The notes below the pieces were generated by a model that was not told where the DNA came from, did no database searches, and worked only from the letters and a program-made list of their open reading frames with translations. A DNA stretch of 64,000 nucleotides from Eledone cirrhosa (lineage: Eukaryota), in assembly GCA_964016885.1 (NCBI GenBank), contig OZ024742.1, positions 115,568,001-115,632,000 of the forward strand, in the 5' to 3' direction. The position numbers and the translations under genes were made by a program. Positions 15,932-27,919 of this stretch are shown piece by piece. Each line of letters opens with the position of its first letter. Position 1 is the first letter of the stretch.

Positions 15932-16346
15932 TACCTCATTTAGAATTTCAAAACACGTCCGTAGGACGCGAGATAAAATACCACATAAGGCGGAGGGGGC
16001 ATCTATGTCAAAGGCTGTAGAAGAGTTGGCTAGGGGGCGAGAAGTTTGAGTGATGAAACCTATCCAGCAGTTACTACACTTCAGATGGTACTCTACCGTA
16101 GGGAGTTATAAACAATATAAAGAAATACACAGACACACGCGAATACATTCATATTCATGAATGTACCCATATATATCCCTGAATTTGTGTGCTGCCAACC
16201 TTAACTGTTGTGGCTCTATGAATAACCGGGACAAAATAATCTGATTGGAGTAGATTGATTCAATATCAGAGCTATATAATACTTATAAAGAAAGATGAAA
16301 CATTAGATATAATAATAAGGTATACCATACCCACATTTCTCATTAC

Positions 16347-16439
16347 TCCTCGACTACATGGTTTCGTTGTTTACTATGCAAAAACACTACATCACAGAGA
16401 TACAGTATTTTTGTGAGGTTTGCCAAATTATCAAGAGGA
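16347..16439 (-). ncRNA. Type I hammerhead, U3-A8 core, stems II and III degraded
   Basis: TCCTC-TTGATAA-TTTGGC...ACAAC-GAAA-CCATGTAG-TC-GAGGA. Confidence 0.55.
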
Positions 16440-17821
16440 TACCTCATTTATAGTTTCAAAACACGTCCGTAGGAAGCGAGATAGTCACCCGAAAGGCGGA
16501 GGGGGAGTCCATCACATGATACAGCGGTCAAGAAACACAGCTAAGCCTCTTACAACCAAGAAAAGAATACTACAAAGGGCGGAGGGGCATCTATATCAAA
16601 GGCCGTAGAAGAGATTCCTAGGATGGCGAGAAGTTTGAGTAATGAAAGCTACCCAGTAGTTACTACACTTCAGTGGTTACTCTACCGTAGGGAGTTATAA
16701 ACAATATAAAGAAATACACAGACACACGCGAATACATACATATACATGAATGTACGCATATATATCACTGAATGTGTGTGGTGCCAACCTTAACCGTTGT
16801 TGCTCTATGAATAATCGGGACAAAATAATCCGAATGGCTTAGATTGATTCAATATCAGAGCTATATAATACGTGTATTTAGCTTTTATTTATTTGTGATT
16901 TTCTGTTTATTATTCCTTACTCAGGTCATTATGCACCATTCATAGCTGCCTACCCACCACAGAACCACACTACTTATAACCCAGAATAACTGGGACTTAA
17001 ATATAATTATAGTCTATTGGCAATTTTCATTGGGTTTACCATTTTCGACTGATGTTTTGGATTTCCCGGCTCTGCGCCGGGCCCTAGGGAGGTTCTGCCT
17101 TACTTGAGTGCTTGGAAAAGTAAATTTTCCCCTCTTTCGGTAAATGAAACTACTCGGAGCTGCTCGATTTGCCCCGGGGCCCACCGCGCCGCCTGTTTTA
17201 ACCGCCACATTATAAACATACATATACACTCTAGGCTTAGGAATAACTGTTAGCTGTAGCATGCTTCCCTATGCTGGCACGTAAATAAACCCCTCATGTG
17301 TGCATTAATAGTATTCGTTTGTTATAGACGATTGCCTGTAGAAGCTGATTGACTTCACGCTAGCACAACCGGGGCCTATCGCAGCTACGTTTCTATAGTA
17401 CTCGGAAAAATTAATTTCCATTTATTTCGCTAGACGAGACCACTCGAAACTGGCTGACATGTGGTTGGGAGGTGCTAGCTGGGATTTACAGTCGCAGGCT
17501 TTTTTCTTTACCCTAAACCCACCTTGATAACTTATCGAGATTCCCTATAATACACTTAAACTTTTTCATATATGACTCTCTCGGTAATTTCATTCAATAA
17601 TTCTCGCAACTCAAACCTTTAATTTTCTATTAATTTTCTAATAATTTAATTTCATCCCATAATTCTTAACATAGGTTAACGTTCCAATTTTCTGTTCACA
17701 CATTAGACTATACTGACACCCATATATATGGCTTTGTTAAAATATGGGCTCTTTGGAATAACATTTTTCTTGGCGTCTTCTAGCATGACTGTAGTGTGAC
17801 CCTTATGCTGACTTCTTTCGT

Positions 17822-17853
<32 letters not shown>

Positions 17854-18070
17854 TATTTATTTCTTTATTTCTTTATTCTTTTTTTATTCTCTGACGGAGA
17901 GGTGGTAGTAAATTATAAGCCTTCGCCCCCTAACCAGATGGACATTAGTAGACCGAGTTGCCATCACTTGAGGTCGACTGACCGAGGTGAAAGTAGCTAG
18001 TTGGTCAGTCGTCCTCCCTGTCCCTGATTTCGGACCGATGGATTTTATATATTCCTTTGTTACATTTCGA

Positions 18071-18128
18071 ATACCTGATGATATCATCGGATTCATACGG
18101 AATCCGGTCATTGAAATGATCACAGTGT
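18071..18128 (+). ncRNA. Type I hammerhead-like motif with a mutated cleavage triplet
   Basis: ATAC-CTGATGA-TATC-ATCGGATTC/GAATCCGGT-CATT-GAAA-TGATCA-CA-GTGT, then AATAAA. Palindromic loop III; the triplet is ACA rather than NUH. Confidence 0.6.
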
Positions 18129-18179
18129 AATAAACTTTTCAAGGATTTACACCAGTCCAGCGTCCTGATATTTTATTTA

Positions 18180-18257
<78 letters not shown>

Positions 18258-18373
18258 TATATATACACACACATATATATATATATATATACATATATAA
18301 ATATATACAGACACGTATATATATATATATATATATATACATATATATATTGTACATACATATACACACATAT

Positions 18374-18424
<51 letters not shown>

Positions 18425-18429
18425 CATCC

Positions 18430-20296
18430 AGCCCACGCCACTCCGCACCATCCCGCCCTCTCCCAGTCCCCATCACCTATCACCCCCACCCTAACCCTCC
18501 ACCGTACCATCCTCCGCCTCTTCCGACGCTTCCAGTCCGAACCCACCACTCCCCTCCTTCAAACGCGCACGCATTCTCCGCACCCTCCTGCTCCGCAGCT
18601 CCCTACCGCCCCTTCCCGATATCCTTCCCTGTTCCAGGCCTCGTTACAACACCTGCCCTCACATCACCGACACCACCACCTGCCAGGCTCCCAACGGCCA
18701 ATCTCTCTCTGTCTGGCATGCCTACAGCTGCACCTCCTACAACCTAGTCTATGGACTTCGCTGCACTGAGTGCAGCGCAACCTAAGTTGGGCAGACTGGA
18801 CGTCGACGGGCGGACCGTTTAACCGAACACCTCCGGGATATTTTTCTCGGCGAGAGTTCCCCCTTTGCCCGCCAATTCGGCTCCCCTGGACATTTCACGC
18901 AACACCTCACAGTCTGTGGCCTACTTCAATGCCACGGAACACTCGCCGCCCGCCTCGGGATTGAACAACGCACCATCTTCACCCTACAGACTCACACTCG
19001 CCCCTATCTGAACTCCCCACCACCATTCCTTTAGTCTTCGACCGCCCTGTTCCTCCGCCACACACATATATCCCCCACTAACACCACTAACACACTCCTG
19101 CTTTTCACAGCCCACCCCCTTTCCTCACCCCACAACTAACAATACTAACACCAGTACACTACACTCCCTCCACCGTCCCCCACACCTTTTATCTCCCTCT
19201 CCCCGCTCGCCAACACCCTTGAATACACACACACATCCCACTAACACCTCTACTAATACACACCCCATCCCCCGCACGACACGCTCCACACTCCACTTTT
19301 CACACCTACCCATTCTCTCCCCTGTCCACCGCACCTCCGCACACACTGACACGCTGACGTTCTTCACCTGACATTTTCCTCTACTGCTGCTATACCTTCT
19401 CCTGCCTTGACCCTCTAACCACTTCACAGCACACACAGACACACAGTCCTCTCCACCTGTCATTCTCCTGTACCCTCATCCTGCCTTGACCTTCTGACCA
19501 CTTCCTGTTGCGCGCGCACCCCACATCTTCCTTCTTCCGACTACCACAACCCCGGATTACACACCATTGGCCATCGTACAACTATCCACTCCATAACATG
19601 GAAAATATCCGGCAACTCATAACACCCTCTACGGAACTACCTTAGGAACTTAGCCACGGACATACACTCACAAAAAATGTTTTCGAACCACGCCACCTAC
19701 ATCCACAAATCGTATAAACACCAACACACACGTGCGTACCCCCACATATATACGCACTCAGCCTGTGGAATACTCTACCCCCGCTCCCCCACCCCTCTGA
19801 CCCCTGGCCATCCACGCGCACACACACAGCAACCTACACCCCTTCCCACACACACATTTTCCTGAACAAGGAACCTCGTTCTTACCCCAACTCTCACATT
19901 CATATACACACACACACACACACGCGTACACCAACACACATACACCACCTGCAGCCTTCCCCGCTCGGACACCCCGCCTCCATCTCCCCACATAACCCTC
20001 CACCACCCCTATACGCCCCACACCCTTCCACCACTTGTTTATCTTCATGTTTATTTATTTATTTTGTTTTTATTTGTACCCCATCCACTGTTTTTCCTCC
20101 GCTTCCTCTCACCCTTTTTTTTCTAAATGTCTCTCCGCCACTCCCTCAGACACCCTCGGAACTCTCTTGCCACCCGCTTTTCGCCTGAAGAAGGGTTTAT
20201 GCCTGAAACGGCGTCCTCCCCACTCTCAAGAGCGTGAAACTAATAAACCTTTGTTTGTACTGCCTCTCTGTTTTGTTCCCGTTCCATTTTCCACTA

Positions 20297-20298
<2 letters not shown>
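18430..20298 (+). mobile_element. 5'-truncated, decayed Penelope-like element (GIY-YIG end, long C-rich 3' UTR, pLTR)
   Basis: [18 protein letters not shown] and [39 protein letters not shown] at ~18490-18840. HHR-like CTGAAGA-AGG/CCT-GAAACG at 20185-20210, then AATAAA. Flanked by (TA)n. Confidence 0.85.
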
Positions 20299-20345
<47 letters not shown>

Positions 20346-20431
20346 GTAGGTCCCGGGTTGAGTCGGGGATAACCACAGTAAGTAAGGTACTCAATACATG
20401 GGAGACTAAATTTTTTTTATTTTATAGAAGG

Positions 20432-20482
20432 AGCTTCTACAGGACTAGTACTGTTTCATTCAGATGAAATCTTCAGGAAGCT
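20432..20482 (-). ncRNA. Type I hammerhead ribozyme (PLE-B pLTR)
   Basis: AGCTTC-CTGAAGA-T-TTC(ATCT)GAA-T-GAAA-CAG(TACTAGTC)CTG-TA-GAAGCT. All three stems pair; GUA triplet. Confidence 0.85.
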
Positions 20483-20695
20483 GGGTGTCATATTAAGTTC
20501 TGGTATTTATACATTTAGGTAGTGGCAAGGGAGGGGTGGTGGATGGGGGGGGGGTATTTAGATACACAGGACCACTTCATGGCACAGGCCATTTTTTTCT
20601 ATGGGGAGTGGTCAATTAGCCAGAGTGCTTTTTTGAAATAAATAAATAAGTAAATAAATAAATAAATGAATAAATAAATAGATAAATGAATAAAT

Positions 20696-20726
<31 letters not shown>

Positions 20727-21047
20727 TAAAGAAATAAAAACCCCAAGAATAGTAATTCAACAGAATTATAGTAGGGAATTTTTTAGGTGGGTTGGTAATA
20801 GAAATTAAACATTTAACAAGACCCAATCATGGCACAGACTGGGGTGAGTGGTCAAGTTAACATACAAGCCACAGGTGGCCAGAGTGTTATAGTAGGATGG
20901 AAAGAATAAAATATATTTACATACAACCACATACAAAAACACTTACACACACACATACATATATACCTACACATACATACACACACACATACATATGTGT
21001 GTGTGTGTGTGTGTGTGCACCTACACATACACACACACATACACATA

Positions 21048-21096
<49 letters not shown>

Positions 21097-21227
21097 ACAT
21101 GTGTGCGCATACACATACACACACACACACATACATATACACACACACACACATACATACACATATATACATATATACACAGGAAAAACACAAACACACA
21201 AATATACACACACACACGCATACACAT

Positions 21228-21267
<40 letters not shown>

Positions 21268-21353
21268 ACACATACACACGCGCGCATACACATACATATA
21301 TACATATACATATATATATATATATAAATACATATATATGCATACATACACAC

Positions 21354-21395
<42 letters not shown>

Positions 21396-21557
21396 CTACA
21401 AGTACGTATGTCTCTCTCGTTAAACTATACTATACATACACATACATACATTTGCACACACATACATACACATACATACACACACACACACAAACCAATA
21501 CATTCACACATATATATACATATATGCACATACACACACACATACATATATAATCTC

Positions 21558-21614
<57 letters not shown>

Positions 21615-21854
21615 CATACATATACATACATATATACATATATATGTATATATATATATTGTTATATTTGGGGAGGGTCATATTTGCGTAATATTGCCAG
21701 AATTAATAACAGAACACACTCACTGTTTGGTTGGTTTTCGCTTCTCGCTGTCTTTTATATATATATATATCTGCGATCTAACTTACTCGGTCCTCAATGT
21801 TGCCATTGACTGACCGGCGGTCAAAAATAAAATAATACAGATACAATATAGACA

Positions 21855-21918
21855 AACACATATATATATAGTTTACATAAATCTTTCGTTGCACATCTGC
21901 AACATCGTCAGTGGTGTT
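21855..21918 (-). ncRNA. Hammerhead-like motif in the PLE-A pLTR
   Basis: CTGACGA-T-GTTGCA(GATG)TGCAAC-GAAA gives a perfect core and stem II. Stems I and III are ambiguous because of a (TA)n run. Confidence 0.6.
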
Positions 21919-22169
21919 ATATTCATTGTTCCTCCTGTTGTGTTGTATGTCTACGCCATTTTTTTTTTGTTCAGTCCGTCTATATATTTATTTATTTATT
22001 TGCTTGTTTGTTTATCTTATTTTATTTTGTCTTCTTTGCGCATGCGTTTGCGTGTGTGATGTGTGACTAGTGTGTATAGTGTTGTGTCTGCTGGGTGACT
22101 AGTGTGTGTTTATGTGCTTGTGTATGTATTTATTTATCTTATTTTATTTAATTTAATTTACTTATTTAT

Positions 22170-25100
22170 TTATACTTCTCTTAGGTCAGTGTTGTTTGTT
22201 TGGGTGTTGTTGTTGTTCCACTCATTCTTTCTGTTTAGCTTTGGTCTTCTAATTTCTATTTCACTGGCCTCTCTGATTTGCCTATCTGCTGGGTCATTCC
22301 TATGTTTAGATATTATTCTAATTTCTATGTTGTCTATGTTACCGTCATGATGTTGTCTAGCATGTTCGTATAGTACTGACCCGTTTTTTCGTCCTTTTAG
22401 TTCCCCCCAGTGTTGGTCTATCCTTTCACCTATGCTACGAGCTGTCTCACCTATGTATGTTGTTGTCGTGTTTCTGCAAGTACCCTCTGTACATCTTATG
22501 CTATAGACTACGTTTCTAGTTTTACAGTTTATCCGGGGGTTCACCTTACATATGATACATTTCCTATTGGTACAGTGGGTTTTCTTAAAAGGGTAGGTTT
22601 TGCTGATCAGGGATTTTATGGTGGTTCCTGGCTTTTCTACCACCTTTATTTTTAAGTGGGTCTTTCTCAGGGCCTTTCTACACTGGTTAGCTAATTTCCC
22701 TCCAGGGGTGGCGTCCACAAACATGACACTCTGATATCTCTGGTTATCGTACCATGATGTGGCCTTCCCTATCTTATGTCTAGCCCTATCTAAGCTATTC
22801 CATGATTTGCTCCTGTATAGTGGGCAAATTCCTTTCATGTCCAGTTCTATGAGGGTCTTATACTTTTCCATGGCTCCTTCGTATACTCTGACTCTGTCTC
22901 TTTGGTTGTAGCCAGAGAATTGCATGCGGTTGATGAAGTGTTGGATGTGTCCTTCCATTTCTGTTGGGTCGCACATGCTGGACACATTCTTCATCACTCG
23001 TACCAAATCTGCGATCAGAATATTAGACTTAGCACTACTGGACATTGCTGAGTTTTTGAGTATCAGGTATTTGGAGGCCATGGGTTTAGCATAGTGTGAG
23101 TGGAGAATTTGGGCTCTCTCGTCTATAGTGTTAATCCAGAGTTCTGTGTCTAATACAGGTAGTCTATTGTTAGGGTGTTTGGAAGGGAAGTCTATAGTTA
23201 CAGTTATACTCTGGTGTATGGAATTAGCTATCTGCTGGATGCTTTCCATCGTGCTACGTTCTAAATCAAACTTGTTAGTGCTCTCTAGTGGGGGTGTTCT
23301 TATAACTATATTGATATCGTCTACATAACGAGAGTACATGATGAGGTCTATGGAGCTTTCATTAAGGAGATCTTTAAGTCTCCTTTCCCACCATACCATG
23401 AAAAGGTTGGCAACATCGCCAGCTATGCTGACGCCGATGGCTGCTCCCTCATTTTGGGTGTAGATTTTCTCATTGAACTTAAATATGTGGCCCTTTAGGG
23501 TAGTTTTGATACTAGCCCCTATTGCATGTGCGACCATTTTTCTTACCTGATCAGTGTTTTGGGGGGTCCGTATAGCTTTGGTCCACCCAATCCACCTTCC
23601 TATGGGAGTCTTTTTAGCCATTGAGGTTATGGTGGGGGGTCTACCTCTTATAGGTCTACTAGGGCAGAAACATCTAAGGTCATGGCTGTCTAGGTAGTCA
23701 GTGTCGTAGGTAAGTCTAAGTAGGAGGCCCAGTTCGTCTGTGTCGACGTCGCAGAACTCCACCTCACTCTCAATGATCATCTCCACACATCTTTTCACAG
23801 CAAAATCAATGTTAATGGATGGGTACAGTGACACCACATCCATGCTGCCTATTATGCAGTTGGATAGGCTCCTGTTTTTGTTGCACTCACTGATTCTGCT
23901 GAGGAGGTCCTCTGTACTTTCACATACATCTGGGGACATCTTGATTATGGGGCGTATAACCATTGAGAGGAAGTAGGAGATCCTGTAGTTGCTAGCTATA
24001 TTAGCTCCGCATACAGGTCTTGTTGGTGGTCCTGTTGTCGGGTCGTCGACTGTCTTGTGGTCTTTGCGGAGCCCATACAAGGGTGGTATGCCATTGTTAG
24101 ACGCCTGGAAGTTGTTGGCAGTGCGTCTGCTTGGCTTTAGGATGTCAGTCCACATCATCATGTGAGCGTTGAGGATTTTTTCTCTCCCATCGTGTGTTAG
24201 TTGTGCAACTTCGCTCGTGTTGGTGATGTGGGGTTGCATTGCCTCGATGTAGTTCGGCATGCTATCTATTGACATCCTACCAGACTTATCTGTGGGTAGA
24301 CACACTACCTCACCATCCCTTGTGCGCTGCTTGAGGCTAACCAAGCCTTCTACAGGTTTTATCCCAAGTTGTTGGGCCTCTGGTCTGCTCTGTCTCATAG
24401 TGTACCTGTCTACTACTTGTCTAATCTTATTTCTAGCTATGGTGAACTGTGCCTCCGTCTCGTCATCTATTTGTTGTGGTATGCAAACTCTTTTATTAAA
24501 GGGTAACCTCGTAGGATAGATATTACCCATCTTATATGTTTTGTCAGCTGGGTTGAAAAATAGTTTCTCTAAGGGGTTGTCGTTATTTCTATCGTCATAG
24601 TTGTGTGTGTTGCTATTATTATTATCATGGTGGTTGTTGTTGTTTCTATCATTAGCTTTAATATTATTATTGTTATGATTGCTAGATGTATTGTTGTTTA
24701 CTTCACCGTTATTGTTGTTGTTGTTACTGCTATTTCTACCATTGTGGTTGTTACTATTATTATGTTTCTTGTTTTTGTTGATGTTGCTACATGTACTATT
24801 TCCATTATTACCACTGTGGTTATTGTTGTTGTTGTTGTTCGTATTGTTACCGTTATTACTACTGTGGTCACTGTTGCTGTGTCTGTGGTTAACGTTTCTA
24901 TTATTATTATTATTGTGGTTGTTGTTGTTCTGTCTATCGCTAGTATTATTACCATTATCACTATTTCTCACTTTCCTGCCATTGTTATGGTTATGGCTGT
25001 TATTTCTATACCCAGAGTTATTGTTTATATTACTACTACCGTTATTATTGTTGTTGTTGTTTACCTTTGCATTCCAACGTATTTTTGTGAAACACTTTTC

Positions 25101-25334
25101 CAGTTCAGTTTTGCATTCCATAGGGTTAATCTTTTTGTAGATGGCAAATTTTGGTGGTAACTTTAGGATTTGTTGTTCTTGTTCACTGATTAAAGTGTTC
25201 CCATAGATATTTACTGTGTGGTCATTGGTAAATTCTTCCGGTAGTTTTACATCACTCATACGGATGTTGTCGATGTTATCTGGGTATTTTTGAGAATATT
25301 CGATTTTTCTTTCTTGTAGTTTTTTCTTATTCAT
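22170..25334 (-). CDS. PLE reverse transcriptase + C-terminal GIY-YIG endonuclease (1054 aa; main part of a frameshifted ORF)
   Basis: TDKSG, GSMDVVSLYPSI, GAAIGVSIAGDVANLFM, RYVDD, LPVLD, CKTRNVVYSIRC...YIGETARSIGERIDQH. Naiad-like features from recall, not tested. Confidence 0.95.
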   Translation of the reverse strand: MNKKKLQERKIEYSQKYPDNIDNIRMSDVKLPEEFTNDHTVNIYGNTLISEQEQQILKLPPKFAIYKKINPMECKTELEKCFTKIRWNAKVNNNNNNNGSSNINNNSGYRNNSHNHNNGRKVRNSDNGNNTSDRQNNNNHNNNNNRNVNHRHSNSDHSSNNGNNTNNNNNNNHSGNNGNSTCSNINKNKKHNNSNNHNGRNSSNNNNNNGEVNNNTSSNHNNNNIKANDRNNNNHHDNNNSNTHNYDDRNNDNPLEKLFFNPADKTYKMGNIYPTRLPFNKRVCIPQQIDDETEAQFTIARNKIRQVVDRYTMRQSRPEAQQLGIKPVEGLVSLKQRTRDGEVVCLPTDKSGRMSIDSMPNYIEAMQPHITNTSEVAQLTHDGREKILNAHMMMWTDILKPSRRTANNFQASNNGIPPLYGLRKDHKTVDDPTTGPPTRPVCGANIASNYRISYFLSMVIRPIIKMSPDVCESTEDLLSRISECNKNRSLSNCIIGSMDVVSLYPSINIDFAVKRCVEMIIESEVEFCDVDTDELGLLLRLTYDTDYLDSHDLRCFCPSRPIRGRPPTITSMAKKTPIGRWIGWTKAIRTPQNTDQVRKMVAHAIGASIKTTLKGHIFKFNEKIYTQNEGAAIGVSIAGDVANLFMVWWERRLKDLLNESSIDLIMYSRYVDDINIVIRTPPLESTNKFDLERSTMESIQQIANSIHQSITVTIDFPSKHPNNRLPVLDTELWINTIDERAQILHSHYAKPMASKYLILKNSAMSSSAKSNILIADLVRVMKNVSSMCDPTEMEGHIQHFINRMQFSGYNQRDRVRVYEGAMEKYKTLIELDMKGICPLYRSKSWNSLDRARHKIGKATSWYDNQRYQSVMFVDATPGGKLANQCRKALRKTHLKIKVVEKPGTTIKSLISKTYPFKKTHCTNRKCIICKVNPRINCKTRNVVYSIRCTEGTCRNTTTTYIGETARSIGERIDQHWGELKGRKNGSVLYEHARQHHDGNIDNIEIRIISKHRNDPADRQIREASEIEIRRPKLNRKNEWNNNNTQTNNTDLREV

Positions 25335-25339
25335 CCATT

Positions 25340-25801
25340 CTAATTTCTTCTTGAAATGCCTACAGCATTCGTTTTGAGCATATTTCGTTTCGCGCGGATG
25401 ACGCTCATGAAGTCATCTCTCTCGTTTGCTGTGATGAGATTTCGGATTTCCTTACCGTTGATGCGTTTTTGTCTGTAGAGTGCGTTGACTTTTGTGTATG
25501 TTGTTCTTTTCATATTAACTGTTATTGTGTGTTTTAGCCGTTCAGCTTGTGTTTTGTTCAATAATAAATTATTTACTTGTTTTGATATGTTTGTTGTGTA
25601 TGTTTTGGAGGAAACACAGTGTTTTAAGAAGCGGATTTGTTCTGTTGTTATTGTAGTTTTTATATAACAGAAAACAGTGTCTTTCAATAACCTTTCAGCT
25701 TGGCACAAGCTAATGCCATAGCGGCGATGAATTAGTTTTGCGAGGTTTTTTATATGAAATCGTGTGTCGAAACAGATATTGTTATATTTGGGGAGGGTCA
25801 T
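25340..25801 (-). CDS. N-terminal part of the PLE-A ORF, separated by a single -1 frameshift
   Basis: Starts at the ATG inside the terminal repeat and contains IRFLKHC. The downstream frame is open back to ~25413 and reads ...RHFKKKLEWMNKK into the main ORF. Confidence 0.8.
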   Translation of the reverse strand: MTLPKYNNICFDTRFHIKNLAKLIHRRYGISLCQAERLLKDTVFCYIKTTITTEQIRFLKHCVSSKTYTTNISKQVNNLLLNKTQAERLKHTITVNMKRTTYTKVNALYRQKRINGKEIRNLITANERDDFMSVIRAKRNMLKTNAVGISRRN

Positions 25802-26230
25802 ATTTGCGTAATATTGCCAGAATTAATAACAGAACACACTCACTGTTTGGTTGGTTTTCGCTTCTCGCTGTCTTTTATATATATATATCTGCGATCTAAC
25901 TTACTCGGTCCTCAATGTTGCCATATACATATATACATACATATACATACACACACACACACACATACATATATATACGCACATACATACACACGCATAC
26001 ACATTTACAAGCAAACACGCATACATACAAATAAGTACACAAACGCATATGCACAAACACGCACTCGTTCGCACTCATACATGTGTCTATAATATAAAGG
26101 TAGTGGGACAAATTTTAAATTTTAAATTTTAAACTGGGCCTGATAGATGATTAAAATAATTAATGTCACTATTAAGTTATTAATAGTATCATCAAGTAAT
26201 TAATTACTATTTATTATTTATTACTTACTA

Positions 26231-26413
26231 GGTGGATTGGCAGTATCGGTAGAGGGTCGGACGCCATGCTTTCCAGCATAGTTACGTCCCTTTACCATCT
26301 GAGTTCAAATCCCGCCGAGGTTGACTTTGCCTTTCATCCTTACGGGGTCGATAAAATAAAGTACCAGTAATGCACTGGTAATTGCTGGCCTTGTGCCTAA
26401 AGTAGAAACAATT
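26231..26413 (+). mobile_element. SINE, full length, inserted in the PLE-B 3' UTR
   Basis: Near-identical to the 4148 copy. TTATTACTTACTA occurs on both sides (TSD). Confidence 0.9.
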
Positions 26414-26870
26414 ATTTATTACTTACTATTTACCATTCACTATTCGTTACCTATCTTTTATCCTTTATCTAATACCTAATCATTCACTCATAAATAAATT
26501 AATAAATAAATGAAAGAGTTAACTAACAAACGAACAAACAAACAAGCAGATAAACAAATAAACCAGTAAATAAGCAAATAAATAAACAGGTAAATAAATA
26601 AATGGATAAATAAATAAATAAGTAAATAAAGTAACTAAATAAATAAATAAATAAATAACTAAATAAATATACAATTTAAATAGATAAATAAATCATGAAC
26701 GTGTGTGTGCAGCAGTTCATAACTGCACGTATGCAAACATGAGCAGGTATATACGTGAATTTGTGTGTGCGGCCACGGAACTTTACTCAGAGGCATACAA
26801 CACAATATATAAGACCTGGAGGGGAGGAAAGAAGGTAATAATAAGAGATAGAGGGGAGGAAAGAGGGTAA

Positions 26871-27719
26871 TCATGAGAGATGGAGGGACGGAAATGGGAA
26901 GGGGGGCTGGGGTGGGGTGGTGATATGAGGGGGGGGGGGGGTCAGTCGGGGGGCCGGGGGGGTCTGTATTTTTTGGTAATTTACATAGTTCTTGTGCATG
27001 CAATTAGGTGAGTATTCCAAGATCTTGTTGAGGAGAGGGCCTTTGGCGAATATAATCTCATAGCTCTCGGAGATACAGAGGTCACAGCAATTATGGCCTC
27101 CCGTGTATGATCGCGCTCTCTGGAGTAGTCTCCATTGGTTCTTGAAGGGGATGGAGTTCCTTTTTAGGTGCCAGATGTGGGCGGCGAGTGTAGTTTGGTT
27201 AGATCTGTCCTGGCGCCGGAACGAGTGTGTGTGGGCGTACCATCGAGTCTTAAAACTATTAGAAGTCATCCCGATGTACGGGTTTCTTTTTTCATCGGGG
27301 CCTGAGAGTACATCGCATATATACACGAGATCTTTTTTTAGACAGTTGTTGTTGAGAGGGCAGGTCGTCTTATCAGGGCAATTGCAGTTGCTATCGGTTG
27401 CTGGATGGGCTTCGGAAAAAGTAGATTTATTTAGCTTCTCTATGTTGTTGTTGGCTAAGTTTCTAGCTAGATTAGGTGTGGTAGAGTAAGAGAGTCTAAT
27501 GGTATTCTTATTAAGGATAGTATAGTACCTATGTTGGGTGGGGAAGTGTTTTTGTAAGAGAGTGAAGAACATTTTAGCTACAGGTGTTGAAACTTCTCGG
27601 TTGAAGGGGGGGTTGTACCAGCTAATGTGCCTTCGCCTATTCTTCCTGGGTGGGCGTGGGGCTATAGTAAGGTAGGTGATCTTATCTCTAAAGCCGCTGC
27701 GGGCCAGGGCCTCGTTGTA
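26871..27719 (-). pseudogene. PLE-B C-terminal ORF remnant (linker + GIY-YIG)
   Basis: YNEALARSGF...WYNPPF...CNCPDKTTCPLNNNC...LVY...YIGMT...FKTRWYAH...CDLC...LNK...CMH. The RT has been lost by truncation. Confidence 0.9.
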
Positions 27720-27811
27720 TGTGTGTGTATGTATGTATATGTATGTGTGTGCAAACGTATGTATGTGTATGTATAGTATAGTTTACACGAGAGAGACATA
27801 CGTACTTGTAG

Positions 27812-27855
<44 letters not shown>

Positions 27856-27872
27856 GTGTGTATGTATGCATA

Positions 27873-27919
<47 letters not shown>

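Larger units (their letters stand above)
15772..16868 (-). mobile_element. Head-to-tail dimer of a non-coding, HHR-bearing repeat (monomers ~15772-16281 and ~16282-16868)
   Basis: Two homologous units with a third copy at 41755-42410. The first unit lacks ~80 bp between internal repeats of AGGCGGAGGGG. Begins next to (TA)n. Confidence 0.85.
21656..25924 (-). mobile_element. PLE-A: near full-length Penelope-like retroelement with direct terminal repeats
   Basis: A ~150-bp direct repeat at 21656-21806 and 25776-25924 includes the ORF start. RT + GIY-YIG ORF. HHR core in the 3' pLTR. Confidence 0.95.
20343..27719 (-). mobile_element. PLE-B: 5'-truncated Penelope-like element (ORF end, 3' UTR, pLTR) interrupted by PLE-A and a SINE
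   Basis: ORF remnant at 27719-26871. pLTR with HHR at 20343-~20900, whose inverted copy abuts the 5' truncation point at 27720. Continuity across PLE-A is inferred. Confidence 0.7.

Noticed and set aside
25340-25413. Programmed -1 frameshift in PLE-A
   Set aside because: No X XXY YYZ slippery heptamer in the overlap. A 1-nt deletion or sequencing error is simpler.
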